Part shown: piece by piece, positions 1-16,230 of the stretch
Layout: each line of letters starts with the position of its first letter
Numbering within the stretch: position 1 is the stretch's first letter
DNA from: Octopus bimaculoides
Lineage: Eukaryota
NCBI RefSeq assembly: GCF_001194135.2
Contig: NC_068989.1
Location: forward strand, 32,277,380-32,341,379
Length of the DNA stretch: 64,000 nucleotides
Direction of reading: 5' to 3'
Made by a program: the position numbers and the translations under genes
The notes under the pieces: generated by a model
Told to the model about the DNA's origin: nothing
Databases searched by the model: none
What the model saw: the letters and a program-made list of their open reading frames with translations, nothing else

Positions 1-2091
<2,091 letters not shown>

Positions 2092-3499
2092 GCTGACTCG
2101 CTTTTTGTCATAAGTAAGTCTGACAACTCTTTGTGAAGGAAAAGATGATGGATAATGAAACGAATAATGTATGGCAAATTGAATGTAATGTAATAAATGA
2201 TAATATATGTGTTTAGTTGCAATTTTATATATGTATATAAGTGTAAATGTGTGTATATTTGATTTAGAATTTTTTTTTTTTTTTGAATTGACCTAATTTT
2301 TATTGTTTATTTATGTTTAATTTACTTGTAAGATGTGTAACAAAATTTTATTAATTTGGATTATGAATCATATATTTCTGTGCATTTATGTATACATGTG
2401 AGTTTATTTCATTTAGTTGATGGCATGTATTTCATTCTGTTTTACCCTTATGGTACACCTGTCTTATGTGCAAGTTCAACTAATAAATAATCCAGTAATT
2501 AGCATAATTCTTCTCTACTAAAATTTTGTTTTATACTCATTGAATATTAGCTAATAACTCATTTCCTGTGCTGATGTTTAAACAAAATTTAAATAGTTTA
2601 ATGATTTGTTGAATTTACCTGTATTTATCTTTAATTAGATTAGCTTTGAGACAAAACTTATGAAACAGATTTGGTTAAGAACCTATTAAATTGTGTTCCA
2701 AAAGTCACATTAATACATTGATAAATAAAAAAAAGTTAGTTGTTTTATTAAACCAGTCTTAATTCACAATTATTTTAGAATTTAATTGAAATACATAAGG
2801 GGTGTGTCTTGGTTCAAAATATAGTAATGAATGGGCTAATCCAGTGAGAGAAGACTATCATTTGATAAATACAGGAGTTATACGTGAGCTACTTCAAGTT
2901 TTTTCACACTTGGATAGTGCAGTAATTGAACAGGCTTGTCTTGTGTATTGTGCACAATCTAGCAATTTTTTTAGTATCAATTGCTATTTTTTGTTGTTTT
3001 TTGCATGCATTTTCTCACAGTGTAGTCATGTCACACACACACACACAAATATATATATAGGTAAAATCAACTTTGTTTTTTTATTGTTAGTATATGAAGA
3101 TCTTTCTTTCTCTCTACAGCAGAAAAGCATTGTAACTAAGCCTATGTTATTATTGAGCCAAGTGGAAGTTTGCTGTTATTAACTGGCAATGACATTGTCA
3201 TGTCATACAGTGTTTATTCAAATACTGTTCTTGTCTATGTTCCTTTACATTTAGAAGTTTAATTCAGCTAAATAGCCAGTTTAACTAGCTGCCATTTGGC
3301 ATTATTTCTATAATAATATGACCTCATACACAAAAACCCCAGAAATCTATTTTTCATTTTTTTTACCAACATATATTCTCATAAGGAATGTTCTGCTTTT
3401 AGTTTTTCATACATTGCTCTTATATCAACTGTTATACATATTTGTTGTTAATTTGTATTATAAATTGTTTGGAATCATGTTATAACTGTTTTGTTTTAG

Positions 3500-3586
3500 G
3501 TTTAGAGTTGCCTGTTAAAGATGAAAGTGCTCCTAAGAAAAGGATTGTTTATACTGATAAGAAGAAAAAAAGAACACAAAATGATG
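3500..3586 (+). CDS. EIF5B: eIF5B exon (xLELPVKDESAPKKRIVYTDKKKKRTQND)
   Basis: ttttag acceptor, gtatgt donor, 87 nt, phase 1-1. Resembles the eIF5B N-region GVEVPSKDSLPKKRPIYEDKK as recalled from the human protein. Confidence 0.85.
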
Positions 3587-4019
3587 GTATGTATTATATT
3601 TTTGATAATCTTTAATTCTATAGAAAGGAATTTGCTATTGAATTCTTTGAGAAAGAAACTTCCCTTTCATAAGTTTAGGAGAAGTGATATCAGTTTTGCT
3701 ATATATTCATTTGATTATTTTTGTAACCTTTGATGGGCTAATTATCAGTAAAATGCTTTTTTTAATATACTTTTTAGGGTCTGTAGTTTATTTCCCTGTA
3801 AAACACCCACCACCATGCTCTAATAGCAGAATAAGGTGTTTACCCATTTGTGTCTAAAACAGATTTTTAACACACATATAAATATACAGTACCTAAACAC
3901 TGCTTCATTTATACACTGTTTTCAGCAATAAAAACTATATTAGATATTATAAAGATAATCCTCTGCAAAATGTGTACAATTTCCAAGATTGACTAGTGGG
4001 CAAGTTTGCATTTACACTC

Positions 4020-4322
4020 TATTCTTAGTCCCAGGCTGACCAAAACCACATTGATAGACAGAAACTGAAAGAAGCAATTATGTATATGTTTGTGTCTCCT
4101 TGCCTTGATATCACATGATTGTTGTGAGTGTTGCTATCATACATGCAATGTCTTTCATTTCCAGTTGTCTGTGAAATATTTGGCCATGGGGAAATGTTAG
4201 CTTATTTGGAAACAGGTAAAAGTTGGTGATAGGAAGGCATTCAGCTGTAAAAAATCTGCTTAAATAAACTTTGTCTGGCCCATGCAAATATGGAAAATTG
4301 AACATTAAAATGATGATGATTA
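4020..4322 (+). mobile_element. Degenerate SINE with RTE-derived 3' tail
   Basis: SINE-body motif gacagaaactgaaagaagc, then ttggtgataggaaggcattcagctgtaaaa...catgcaaatatggaaaattgaacattaaaa(tga)n, matching the RTE 3' ends elsewhere in the window. Confidence 0.6.
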
Positions 4323-5858
4323 TGCATCAAATAAAGCAACTATTTCATTGCTGCACCATTTGGGATGCTTTCTCTTTTCTTAGCTATTTGCTAAAATTGC
4401 TTTCAAATAATTTTTCAGACTGCCATCCTTTTATTTTCTAGTGATAAGGTGGCTTTTTTATTTAAGAGCATTACATTTTTCTCCTCTTTTTAAATTGTAA
4501 CTTTTGTAGTATTGCTTTTATCAGTACCTTTCTTTGCTAGTGATGTATCAAATTCTATATTCCTTTTTTTCATAGAACATATTCCAATAAGCCTGGTAAC
4601 CATAATAAAATATTGATTCCATCATATTTTTATGACCACCCCTGCGATTTATTTTGGAAACCTAGTTATTTTACTTCCCACTCCACTATATAAACTTAGA
4701 AATCATTCACAAAGCCAGATTTGCATATGTGTATTCCATATACCTTAAAATTGTTGTGCAATATCTCTACAAAAAGCTGCACATTTAAAAGATGTATCAG
4801 GTCCTGGATTTTCACTGAAGTACTGCTAAGGTGAAGATCTTAGATTTTCAAAGTGTTCTCATGAAAATGTTTTCTTAAAGTTGGCTTCTTGATACAATGT
4901 GGACCAATATAGAACATATCTTTTTAGATTACATGACTATGATGTCCAAAATAAATTTTTTGTTTCTTCTTCATTCATATTACACCATCTTCTGGCACAT
5001 TTAGTACATACATTTAAAAGTGTGTGGGTCTTGGTATGAATCATGGAAATTCAAGGTATTTACAGCATAGAAATTCTCATTTTCACTAATACTAGCACCA
5101 GAAAAAATTAAATTAGTTAGGGAAGCATCAGCTGCTACAACAGATCACTTAAATAACAAAATAACACTAAATTTTTTTTGTTCTTTTGTGATATGCTGGG
5201 ATAAGCATAATTGACATATCAACCAGCTTCAAATCATTATTATTGCATATTGCATGCTTAATTATTAAAATAGTGACCTAATAGTACTTTTCCATGTGTA
5301 GAAATTCAGGAATAACCTGGAAACTTGCTTCTCTTCTTACTGAATATAATTGGAAGAAGGGACAGAAGAATTGGTTGATCATACAGCTTCAGTTTATAGA
5401 GTTGGGAAATTTAGATTATATAAATAAATGACATATAATATAAATTATTTCCATAAATGTACAAGCATAAACCTTTGAGTAGAACTTTGGTTGTATTGTC
5501 TCCTTAGTCAGTGAACACCATAGATCCAGCCCTCTGAATATTGAATATTATGTTTGACTTCTTCAGCATTAAATTTTCTTTTATTCAAGTAAGATTCCAT
5601 CTATCATTTTCTGGAGTATACTGTTACAAATTGGACATCCATGATATTCATTTCCTATTACCAAATAGGAATTGGTTTGAAGGAATTTTGGTCATTTTTG
5701 CAAGTGACTGCAGATATGCTCTCACAACTTACAATCAGAGAGAGGAGAATTTACAATTAATTGAATTTGTTTTGAGAAATATGTTTTTCTTGTTTTATTT
5801 ACATTAATGCATCTCTTAATTCTCTTTGTTCACAATATACTTACACTTTACTCAACAG

Positions 5859-5999
5859 CTGATTCAAAAAGAGAGGATAGCATTGTTTCTGATGAGACAA
5901 AAACTGATGAAAAGAGTATTGTAACAGAAATGAAACCTGTAGAAATGAAGGAAGAAGTGAAAGAAAGCTGGGATATAAGTAGTGATGAAGAAGAATCAG
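5859..5999 (+). CDS. EIF5B: eIF5B exon, acidic N-terminal region (ADSKREDS...ESWDISSDEEES)
   Basis: caacag acceptor, gtaatt donor, 141 nt, phase 1-1. The W-D-x-SSDEE motif resembles DDWEAMASDEE. Confidence 0.85.
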
Positions 6000-6934
6000 G
6001 TAATTTGAGAATGCTCAGATTATGGTATCTTGCTTTTCAAATGACTTTATACATCTGGCATGTTGTTCAGTTAAACTCCATGTTTGATATAGAAGGCCAT
6101 CATTTTTGCATCCTTGAATTGAACATGGCTTACTATCAATAGGTTTGAGTTTTCCATGCTTACTAGAGTAGAATAGTTGATATGTTAAAATAATTAACTA
6201 CTTTTCTCCTATATATATATATATATAAATATATATCTCACTGAATTATGAATTTGGGAGGAAATCTGTTTTTTGTTTTGTTACAGGGAATATCTGTTTG
6301 TTATGTAAAGCAAGCCACACAAAAGTTAAATTCATAGAGAAAACATGATTAAGCACCAAAACCACAACACTTACAGAGAGAATCGAGAAGATAAACTTAA
6401 GAAAAGAATTTGCACAGGCAAGAACTGGACGATGAAGAGCCTTTTCCATCCACAGATTTTTTCCTTCAAAGTATCTTAAGATTTCTGTGTTTTCTACAAT
6501 GGATTTTAAGGAGGAGGTCTAAAACTTTGCCTTTTTTTTTTTTTTTTTTTTTTCATTCTTAAAAAAATTCTTATGGATGTTTTAAAATATGAACCCTCAA
6601 TTAAAATGTATGATCAGACATTTCAGCAGCAGCCATTCTATTCTTTTCTTCTGTGCAAGGAACCCTGGTCCACATTATCTATGATGTCCTGTTCTAAGCT
6701 AATAGGATGTGCTTTAAAGGAGATTTTTCTATCAGGTCAAATGACTATATAGAAACCCTCCTGCTAGTTCTAATACTTGGCTATGATACTCCATTGTAAA
6801 TGGGGGGAAATATAAAAGTTGAAGATGCAAGTGGACAAGGTCCATACATATACCTACATATCCAAGGTACATATTTATGATAGAGATGGTTAATCAATGA
6901 AACACATGAATGGCACAATTTTGTTGATTTAGAG

Positions 6935-7222
6935 GGAACAAGGCTGCTGGAGTTCTGTGATGCAAATGATCTTATGATCTGCAACACTAACTTCAGGAAA
7001 CCAGCCGCTCACCTGATCACATATCAATGTGGTGGACACATAAACTAGATTTATTACATCCTCACCAGGCAACAAGATAGACAGATGCTTGCAAGAGTGG
7101 GTGAAGAATGTACAACCCAACATAGATTACTAGTGAGTGACTTCAGAATTAGAGCTAGAAGGACGTGGAGATATAAACCAGTCTGGAAAAGGTTATGAAA
7201 GTTCAAAGTCCCAGCAAACTAA
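6935..7222 (+). mobile_element. RTE LINE fragment, apurinic endonuclease domain
   Basis: Translates to EGTRLLEFCDANDLMICNTNFRKPAAHLITY...GEECTTQHRLLVSDFR. Confidence 0.75.
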
Positions 7223-8189
7223 CAATTTTTTTTTTTTTTTTTGCAACCTTTTTTTTCTTCTTGTTTTGTATAAAGCAAGAATTGTATGAAGCATAATCTG
7301 CAAATTGTTGGCAACTTTTCCAGGCACTCTTCATCTGCATCTCTCATTCATGCAACATCCACCCATCTTATAACATGAAATAACCCTAGACCTCCCACTC
7401 AACCTTCTCTGTCATCCTTACTGCTATCTCATTTTTATTAACCTCTGATACTATTCTCTTCCTTCCCCTTTTCACTGCCCCTTACCATTACTCTCTCCAT
7501 TACTACCCTTTCACAACAGATCTGTTCCTCCACACCTTGTACAAAGTCACCACTCCTTCTTTTAGTTATTGGGGCTCTCGTCTTTCAAGTTACAAGGAAA
7601 CTTCATGAGTGCTGGTGCCACAAAAAAAAAAACAAGCACCAAGTATACTTGATAGTGATTACCTAATCAAGAGAGATAACACAGAGCTGTGAGGACTTGC
7701 TTAGACAAGTGCTGGTGCCAGAAAAGGAATGCATTCAGTACTCTCTGTAAAGTGTTTGGTGTTAAGGAAGACATCCTGCCATAAAAACCATGTCAAAATT
7801 TAGAAATTGAGCAAGACTCAACTCTGTTAGTAATCCCCTTACCAAATGTTAACATTTAATTACAAAAATATTTTGTGGCACCAGCACTGGTGAAGTTGGC
7901 TATCAACCGAGGGAAAAAAATGTACTATGATCTGCATTGTTTGCAACTTTCTCATTTGGTATGGATACTTACAAAATAAATATGGTGCAGTGATAGTGTG
8001 ACAAGCTTAGTCTGATTCATCACAGTTAGTCTACATCATCATATTTTTTATTTATAAATATTACTAAAAATATCTTACTCCAAAAAACATTCTAAACCTA
8101 ATAGTCTGATAGCAAAGCAACTGCAATAATATAGTAGGGATTGCCTAACTTCAACATTTAACAGCTCACCCTTTATACTTGAATACTGT

Positions 8190-8512
8190 TTGGATGAGGA
8201 CATCTGCATAAAGAAGTGCTGATCTCTAACTGTGAGGGAACCTGTAGGAGAAGTAGACCCAGGAAGACATGAGATGAGGTGGTGAAATATGATCTTCAGA
8301 TATTAAGTTTCACAGTGGCAATGACAAGTGACTGAGATTTTTGGCAATTTGCTGTGCTTGGGAAGACACATCAAGCTAAGCAGAATCATAGTGAATGCTA
8401 GTGCCAGTGACACTTGAAAAACACTGCTGACACATGAGAGGCACCTGTACCAGTGACACATTAGATACCCAGTACACTCTGTGGAGTGGTTGGCATTAGG
8501 AAGGGTACCCAT
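8190..8512 (+). mobile_element. Old RTE 3' fragment
   Basis: gaggaca...acccaggaagacatgagatgaggtggtgaa and cagtacactctgtggagtggttggcattaggaaggg, matching the RTE ORF end and 3'UTR. Confidence 0.6.
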
Positions 8513-9160
8513 TCTTCATTAATATATTTTTCTTTAATTGGTACTGCTACATTTTCAATATTGCATAGTATCTTTACATTTTAAGGATTTTAAAATAATT
8601 AATTTCTCTAATTCTTTTATTTGTACATGTTAACTTCAGCAAGCATTTTATTAACCCCAAGCAGATGAAAGGTTAAATTAGCTCAGACCTGTAGAATGAG
8701 CTAAGCACCAAAGCCACTTTGTCTGGCATGTTTTGTGTTTGACACTAACTCTCTGCTTTTCCTATATAACATGTAAGACACTGTGGCATAATGGTAGTGC
8801 ATATGATAATGCTTTCCAGTATACTCAATGACTTAAAAAAATGAAATGGTCATGACTAGAGTGCTTTTGATCACAGTTTGCTTAATTAGGATTGATTTGG
8901 GATTAAACAATAATAGCAACATTTTAGTTTCTGTATTGATATGATTGAAATATTTTTCAGAGCTTGAATGAAGAATTAATATATTTTATCAGCTATTCAA
9001 AGTGTGCATAACCAGGAGACAGATGCATGACTTGCATTCTTACAGAGTTTTTCCTTGATATTGATTGAATTATATTTTGAAGTCTAGTCTTTTGATGATT
9101 TAAAATTTTTTTTTTTATTTTTAATTGAATGTTCTTTTTTGTAATTCTCTGCCTCCATAG

Positions 9161-9291
9161 AAACTGATACTAAAACAAAATTTGATGAAGATGACTCTTC
9201 TGATGAGAAAGGCGATGATGATGATAGTCTTAAAGATGATAGTGACATAGAGGACTATACACCTATTGAAAAAGCTCGGGAAAGAATCTTA
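9161..9291 (+). CDS. EIF5B: eIF5B exon (ETDTKTKFDEDDSS...PIEKARERIL)
   Basis: ccatag acceptor, gtaagt donor, 131 nt, phase 1-0. Asp-rich, ending KARERI (human KAKRRI). Confidence 0.9.
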
Positions 9292-9395
9292 GTAAGTAAA
9301 AGTTAAATTATATTTAAGAAAAGTATTGTATTCTGTTAACTATTTCTGGCTGGCTCACATTCTTTCCATGTTTTTACTATGGAAGCACTCTCTAA

Positions 9396-10239
9396 TTACA
9401 TGGAAAAATGCAAGCAAGGGAAATAATATTCTTAAGATTATAAACCTGGAAAATTACAGGACAAGTTCAGGACAGCTTATTACATCTGATAAAGTACAGA
9501 ACAAGAAAATTTTTACTTAAAATATTGCAGCTAAGGATAAAATTTCAAATAAAATATTTAGATTTAGAAAATATTAGCTTTTATTAAAACTAAAAATTTT
9601 ATTACAAATTATTACTTCTATTTGTTATTACTCGTTACTTCTATTGAAAATAAAACATAACTCAAAATATTTTTTGTATTTCAAAAAAATTCATTTTTTA
9701 AAATTATTATTTTTAATTTTGAAAATAGGTTATAAAAAATAATAGTAGAACATAATTAGTTAGTACAATAAATAGAATAATACAAAGATTAGATACATAT
9801 TACAGTAAAATCTACCTATAACAACAAATTCACAGCAAAATTTGCTTGAGTTATTGCTTAAGTTATTGCCAAGTCTTCACATTTTTAGTCTTGACTCAAA
9901 GCCTATTTTTTACATAATGAATTTACCTACCATATATACTATTCTACTTTGCATAAAACTTTATATTGGTACTTCTGGCTCTCATTTTTTAAGTATTCTA
10001 GTGTGTCAATATTTTAACAAAATGATGGTACCTTTTTTAATTATGTTACTTTGTAAAGTCAAATCAAATAATTTTATCCTTAGCTGCTATATTTTAAGTA
10101 AAAGTTTTCTTGTTCTGTACTTTACCAGATGTAATAATCTGTCCTGAAATTTTCCAAGTCTAATAACTTGTCCTGTAATTTTCCAGATTTATAATCTTAA
10201 GAATATTATTTCTCTTGCTCACATTTTTCCATGTAATCC
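9396..10239. repeat. Long inverted repeat (foldback/MITE-like), arms about 150-170 bp
   Basis: 9396-9548 is the reverse complement of about 10068-10239 apart from roughly ten substitutions and one roughly 17-nt indel (e.g. gaaataatattcttaagattataaa vs tttataatcttaagaatattatttc). Confidence 0.85.
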
Positions 10240-12689
10240 ATGTTTTTTCCAGGCTGTGCTATTATGCTAATTAATAGTGTGTCAAATATGTCAATTAGTG
10301 GTGTCATTGATAATTTTTTCCTTACCTCAATGACGCCAGTGACATGTATTTAAAGTCCCCTTATAGAACTATATTATCACCCTCAAACTTGAGAAACAAA
10401 CACTATAACGTTTTTTGTTTTTTTAAACTTAATTGCATGAGATTGATACCATGAAATTCCTCGAATTGAGCTCCATCATTTAAGCTTAATTAAAATATAG
10501 TTTGTTTTTAGAATAAAAAAGTTAATTATAATTAAATCCAATTTTTTGCCTCATATTTTTTTTCCTATTTTACCTTACAACTTTTCTGATACAAATTTTT
10601 GTTGCATGGGAACAAAACTATGAAATTCTTCATACTTTTTTCTGTCATTGAAGCTAAGATAAATATATTTTGCTTTTAAAATAAAAAAGTTATTTAGATC
10701 TAAACTTGATTAGTGGCGTTACTTACTCTCCTATAACATTGCTACAAATTTTGATGTAAACTTTTTTTCTACTGGGTCAAATCTCAGTTTTTTTATGCCA
10801 AAATGTAGCTAGGGATCAGTCCTCTTCAAAAATGTTTTCAATTTGGTTAAGCACTGAATTAGCAACAAGCTCTGAAAGTGCTACATGTGAGTAAATTGCG
10901 GCCTTAAGAATGTTATTCAACTACTAACATAGTTGAATGATAAAATGAATACTGGCTTTACAGTATTCATCTCATTCCCTCTATTCTGCCTATCTCTTTT
11001 ATCTATTATTGAAACAGCTGTATATAATTCTTTAAGAAGTTTGACTAATTTCAAAAATACATTGAACTGTAAACTTTTTCAATTATTATACATATTATTA
11101 TACCTTTTTACAGCTAATATGGCATTAAACTGTTGAGTGAACCAATGGTAATGAACATTTTTGTTACCTTCAGGCATAAATTCAAAACTATAGTCCCACT
11201 GGGCTTGTAATACATAATGATACATAAATGATAGAGTACAAGTGAACTGATAGAAAAAGTGAATATATGAAGAATCAGATGTAATGTCAAAAAAGAGTAG
11301 ACTGTACTCTTACAGGCATGTGATGCATATGAAGAAAGACAGCTGTGTAGAAAAGTGGATGGAATCTGTGGGAGATGGAGACTTATCTGAAGACTGTGTT
11401 AATTGGTAAAATATAGTGTGAGAGAAGTTCTAACCATCTCTGCAAGTGAGGAAGCACAAATAATAAAATTAGTAATGATGGACAGGAAGGTGAAATGGTT
11501 GAGCCATTAGAACTCCAGACAATGCTTCATGTCATTTGTTCCAATTCTCTGAACTCAAATCCTGCCATAGTTGAATTTACCTTTCATCATTTCATAGTCA
11601 ATAAAATAAAATAATCAGTCCATGGTGGTGGATTTGTAAAAATGTAAGAATGACACACCAAATATCCTGTTGTATTTTTTCCTGCTCTTTATGTTCTGAA
11701 TTCAAATCCTGCCACAGCTAGAAGAAAAGCAAAATTAACTGAGGTGGATGGCAACAGAGAAAGTGTTAACTTCTATCAGATTGAAAAGATAAATAGCAGG
11801 AAAATGTGTTGAAACTTCTTTTGCATGTCCTTTTTGTTAAGTACCATTGTGTAAAGGATACTGTGGACAATTTCTTGACAGAAGCATAGTATAAAAATAT
11901 TATTTACATTTGAATACAAATAATGTGTGGAATTGGGAAATATTAATTTTCAGTATGTTACACACCTGTATTCACCTGTGTGTCACATATGAGTCTATAT
12001 TATTGGATACATTCTTTTGTATAAATGTACTACATAAATTGTGTAAGAGTACATTGCAAGTATATTACCTAGTGAAAGAGTTTTATTCTTTATTTTCAAC
12101 GAAAATGAATGAAACATAGAGAAAGAAAAAAATTTTGTACTGATTACCTTTGCATTTTAATTAACTCATATTAATGCATCTGCTTATAAAAAGTGACTTA
12201 TTGTTGGAGGTCAGCATCTGGGATAATTTTAATAACAAAACAAACAGGTAAGACACATAAAAGGTTCCATTTAGTGTTTATCTGTAAAATTATTGCTTTT
12301 ACATATGTTGATTTTATTTGTTCATAGATGTTGAATTTCNNNNNNNNNNTGTACATGATTGTAAATCATTGGTGCTTAAGCACATACAGAATTTCAAGTC
12401 TGTGTGTAAAAAAAAGTTTGGAACAAATAATGTTGATACCCCTCTTCAGCTTGATTAATTCCAAATAATGTGAATAAATAAGCATTACATTTTACTGAGT
12501 AATCTAAAAGAACTCTAGTAAGAAAAAAATGACCAGCTTGAAAAATACTGTTAAGCAGGAGAGAAATTCTTAGTCCAGTAGCAAAGACATTTGAAAACCT
12601 GATCATTGAAAAAGAAATAGTTACAATCATTTGTAATTGCCTAATCGTTAAAGTGTAAAGTAATCATCAGAACATTCTTCATTTGTGTG

Positions 12690-12960
12690 TGTGGAGGACG
12701 GTGTGTGTGTGTGTGTGGGCTTGCTGAACAATTTACACAGATGATTTATTCATAGTGATCTAATGTTTGTACTGCATATTAGCTTGCTCACTCCATCAAA
12801 TCAATATTACTTGTACATGTGCACAGTACATCACACATCAGATGTCAAAGAGATTGCAGATCAATGCGAAATGAAGTGTTTTGCTCAAGAATGCAACATA
12901 TTACTTGTTCCAAGAATCAAGAGTATAATCTTGTGATCATGTGTACAACAACCTAAACAC
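12690..12960 (-). mobile_element. Degenerate SINE (CORE-like segment)
   Basis: gaagtgttttgctcaagaatgcaac resembles the antisense CORE-SINE motif. A (GT)n tract lies at the left end. Confidence 0.35.
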
Positions 12961-13328
12961 TTATAAAAGATTGCAAAGTATGTGATTCAACAAACACTCA
13001 TATTGACTATAGAAAGAAGGAAAAAACCCACTTAATATTGGATCCAATGTGTGGTAGTGCCATACGTCAATCTCTCCTTTTATGATAGAAGCATTCAAAG
13101 AGTTGTACATTAGAACAGCTACACTAGAAGAAGTCTTTATTATATTCTCTGAATATTATGCTTTCAATAATCATAGCTTGGATACTAGATCAATGCTTCT
13201 AGATCATTTATTACTAGAAATTGCTGTATTCAGAAGTGTAAACCTTGATTAAATGGAGCATCATCAGTGATCAAGAATACTGGCTTCCTCCAAATCTTTA
13301 CTACCATTTTTTCTTTCTCCATATTTAG

Positions 13329-13436
13329 AAACGAAAAGAAGCTGCTGAGAAAAAACGAAGAGTTGATGTACTTCGTGCTCCTGTTGTGTGTGTTCTGGGA
13401 CATGTTGATACTGGGAAAACCAAGATTTTAGATAAG
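13329..13436 (+). CDS. EIF5B: eIF5B exon with P-loop ([22 protein letters not shown])
   Basis: tttag/gtac borders, 108 nt, G1 motif. Confidence 0.97.
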
Positions 13437-13798
13437 GTACTCTGATTAGAATTTTTTTTCATCAATGTACTTTTAAATATGCTTCTTATTTTTATGTATT
13501 CACTCTACATATGTATTCATTTTTATGTATTCACCATGTTTCTGCATTTATCTATAATTTTTCTTTAAACTTTTTCTCTTTCTTGGGTGATTGCCAATTG
13601 TCAGATTGTTAAGTGCAGCATTTGTAAGGAATGTGGTGGTGGTGGTTTGATATGTGTATTAATTAGAAGTAATGCAGATATGTCCATGTAGATAAGACAT
13701 TTTTCTGAGATTTAGTGTGCATGTGTGTATGGCTTTTCTTCATAAGCACTTCCCATTGCTTCAGTTTTATAAAAAAATTTTATAAAATTTTCGACATA

Positions 13799-14186
13799 GG
13801 CGTAGGAGTGGCTATGTGGTAAGTAGCTTGCTTACCAACCACATGGTCCCGGGTTCAGTCCCACTGCGTGGCATCTTGGGCAAGTGTCTTCTACTATAGC
13901 CTCGGGCCGACCAAAGCCTTGTGAGTGGATTTGGTAGACGGAAACTGAAAGAAGCCCGTTGTATATATGTATATATGTGTGTGTTTGTGTGTCTGTGTTT
14001 GTCTCCCCAACATCGCTTGACAACCGATGCTGGTGTGTTTACATCTCCGTAACTTAGCGGTTCGGCAAAAGAGACCGATAGAATAAGTACTAGGCTTCCA
14101 AAGAATAAGTCCTGGGGTCGATTTGCTCGACTAAAGGCGGTGCTCCAGCATGGCCACAGTCAAAAGACTGAAACAAGTAAAAGAGT
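13799..14186 (+). mobile_element. tRNA-derived SINE, near full length, young
   Basis: A-box tggctatgtgg, B-box gggttcagtccc, internal (TA/TG)n, tail ccagcatggccacagtcaaaagactgaaacaagtaaaag. Highly similar to the copies at 24.9, 45.2 and 60.3 kb. Confidence 0.9.
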
Positions 14187-15433
14187 ATAAAAACTGCTGT
14201 TTCAGACTGTAAAAAGTAATTTGGTCATTTGGGATAATTATTCATTTTTCATTGTATATATGAAATTCAAGAAAATATAGTAAGTAAAATAGTTTTAAAG
14301 TTTGCAACAAAAAGCCACCCAAACTAGTTGGTATAAATTAATATTATGCACCAAAAGTTACGAATAATAATTGTAAACTTTTTTTTTTTTTAGCTTAGTA
14401 TTAGAAATTTTTTTAATATTTGCTTTTTCCATGCTGGGATAGGTTAGATGTGATTTGTTGAGGCTATGGTTGAATGCCCTTCTTGTTGCCAAGTCAGATA
14501 TCTATTCCCATGGTTTTCCATATCAAACCATACTATAGCAATACATGTTTTTATACTAACTGTAAACATTGATACCATCTAAACAGTGTCACTATTTTTA
14601 ACTTTAAGCACTTTTAATAATGGAGGCTGGGAAGTATAACAAGTGTATCTGCTGCTGCCTCTCCATCTTTTTGTCATCCACTCACCTCTGTATTGCTCAT
14701 CACCCTTTTCCACATCTGGATTATTTTTCTTCCTACATCTCCATCCCTCACTTTATCTTCCTTTCATTGTGTTATGTTGCCAGTGAAAGTAAGAGTGGTA
14801 ATGGCTCTTTCCTGTCTGACGTCATCCTCATTCCCACCCATGTAATTAGGGAGGTACTGGACTTACCAGTGTTTCAAATCACCCACTCCCCAACCATTAT
14901 TCTTCTACTTTTAGCCTTTCTACAAAGCCTGTATATTAGGGATTATGAGATGTGCATGTTGGATACATTCTGTCATCATCATGTATTTCTCAAGCTACTT
15001 CCCTGCTCCCAGTCTTGCTTTCCTGATACCCATCTATCTTGGTTTGTCTTTTTGGTCATCACTCACTTTTATTCACCTGCCTTCTCTGTTGTATTGAGTG
15101 GATGTAGTGAGGATTCTTTAATTTTACAAGATACATGACAACCCTGCACCCAGTACACTCTGTGAAATGGTTGATGAAGGAGTGAAGATGACATGGAGTT
15201 GAGGGTACATGACAACTTCCAGTGCTGTTGCCACAATAAAATACACCCAGTATGTTCTATAAAGGGGTTGGTGGCAGGAAGTGTTCTACCATTGAAACCA
15301 AGCCAAAACCTTAAACTTATGAGCAAGATAAAGTTTCTGAAATATACATTAAGTTTGGAAATGAAAATAAGTTATTCCCGATAACACTTACTGATATTTT
15401 GATTGTTGTAGCTATTGGTTTCTCTTTTAATAG

Positions 15434-15544
15434 TTAAGGAGAACTAATGTTCAAGATGGTGAAGCTGGAGGTATTACACAACAAATTGGTGCTACTAATG
15501 TTCCACATGATGCCCTTAAAGAAGCTACTAAAATGGTGAAAGAA
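15434..15544 (+). CDS. EIF5B: eIF5B exon ([24 protein letters not shown]...)
   Basis: aatag/gtaagt borders, 111 nt, IF2-family [10 protein letters not shown] switch-1 motif. Confidence 0.97.
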
Positions 15545-15864
15545 GTAAGTTTAACATTTATTTTCTTCACTTTTAATATAAAATATTACAAAATTTTCAT
15601 GAAAAACATGATGGGATAATGAAAACAATTTCAGGAATAAAATGGTATCAAAGGATATTAAATTTACATTCAATTTCTATACCTAAAAACTGTTGGGGAA
15701 CCTAATAAGGATAATGGAACCCATATCTCATTTGCATACTGTTAACTAACAGTAAAATCAGCATGTCATATAGTACTTATATACCATAATTACTTATTTT
15801 GATAGATTAGAAAGAAATGAAGCTAGCTAGCTTTGCTGGATTTGCAATGTCAGTATGACAAAGT

Positions 15865-16230
15865 GCAAATGTATTGGGAGAAAAATTAGGCATAAGAGAC
15901 ATGAGATGTAGTGTGCAAAAGAAGACTATGCTAGTATGGTCGTGTGATATAATTAAAGGACAGCTGCAGAAGTATCAATCATTAAATGTGAATGGAATCT
16001 GTGGAAGAAGGAGGCCTAGGCAGACATGGGATGAAGTAGGGAAGACCAAATTCAGGTTTTTGTGCCTCAGAGAGGAGAGGACAAAGATGATTGGTGATTT
16101 GTTGTGCTTGAAGAGACCTGTCCATCTCAGTGAAAAATCAGTCCCAAAAAGCATATCATTTATATCTTTGGCCTTGCACCTAATCTGTACTTGTCAAGCC
16201 TTTCCCACTAAATCATCTTTGTAACTTTCT
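15865..16230 (+). mobile_element. Old RTE 3' fragment
   Basis: Translates to EKLGIRDMRCSVQKK...GICGRRRPRQTWDEV, the RTE C-terminal motif GRPRKTW. Confidence 0.6.

Noticed and set aside
6288-6470. Purine-rich stretch after a ttgttacag acceptor as an extra eIF5B exon
   Set aside because: All three frames hit stops from that acceptor. The flanking exons already join in phase and I recognise no homology.
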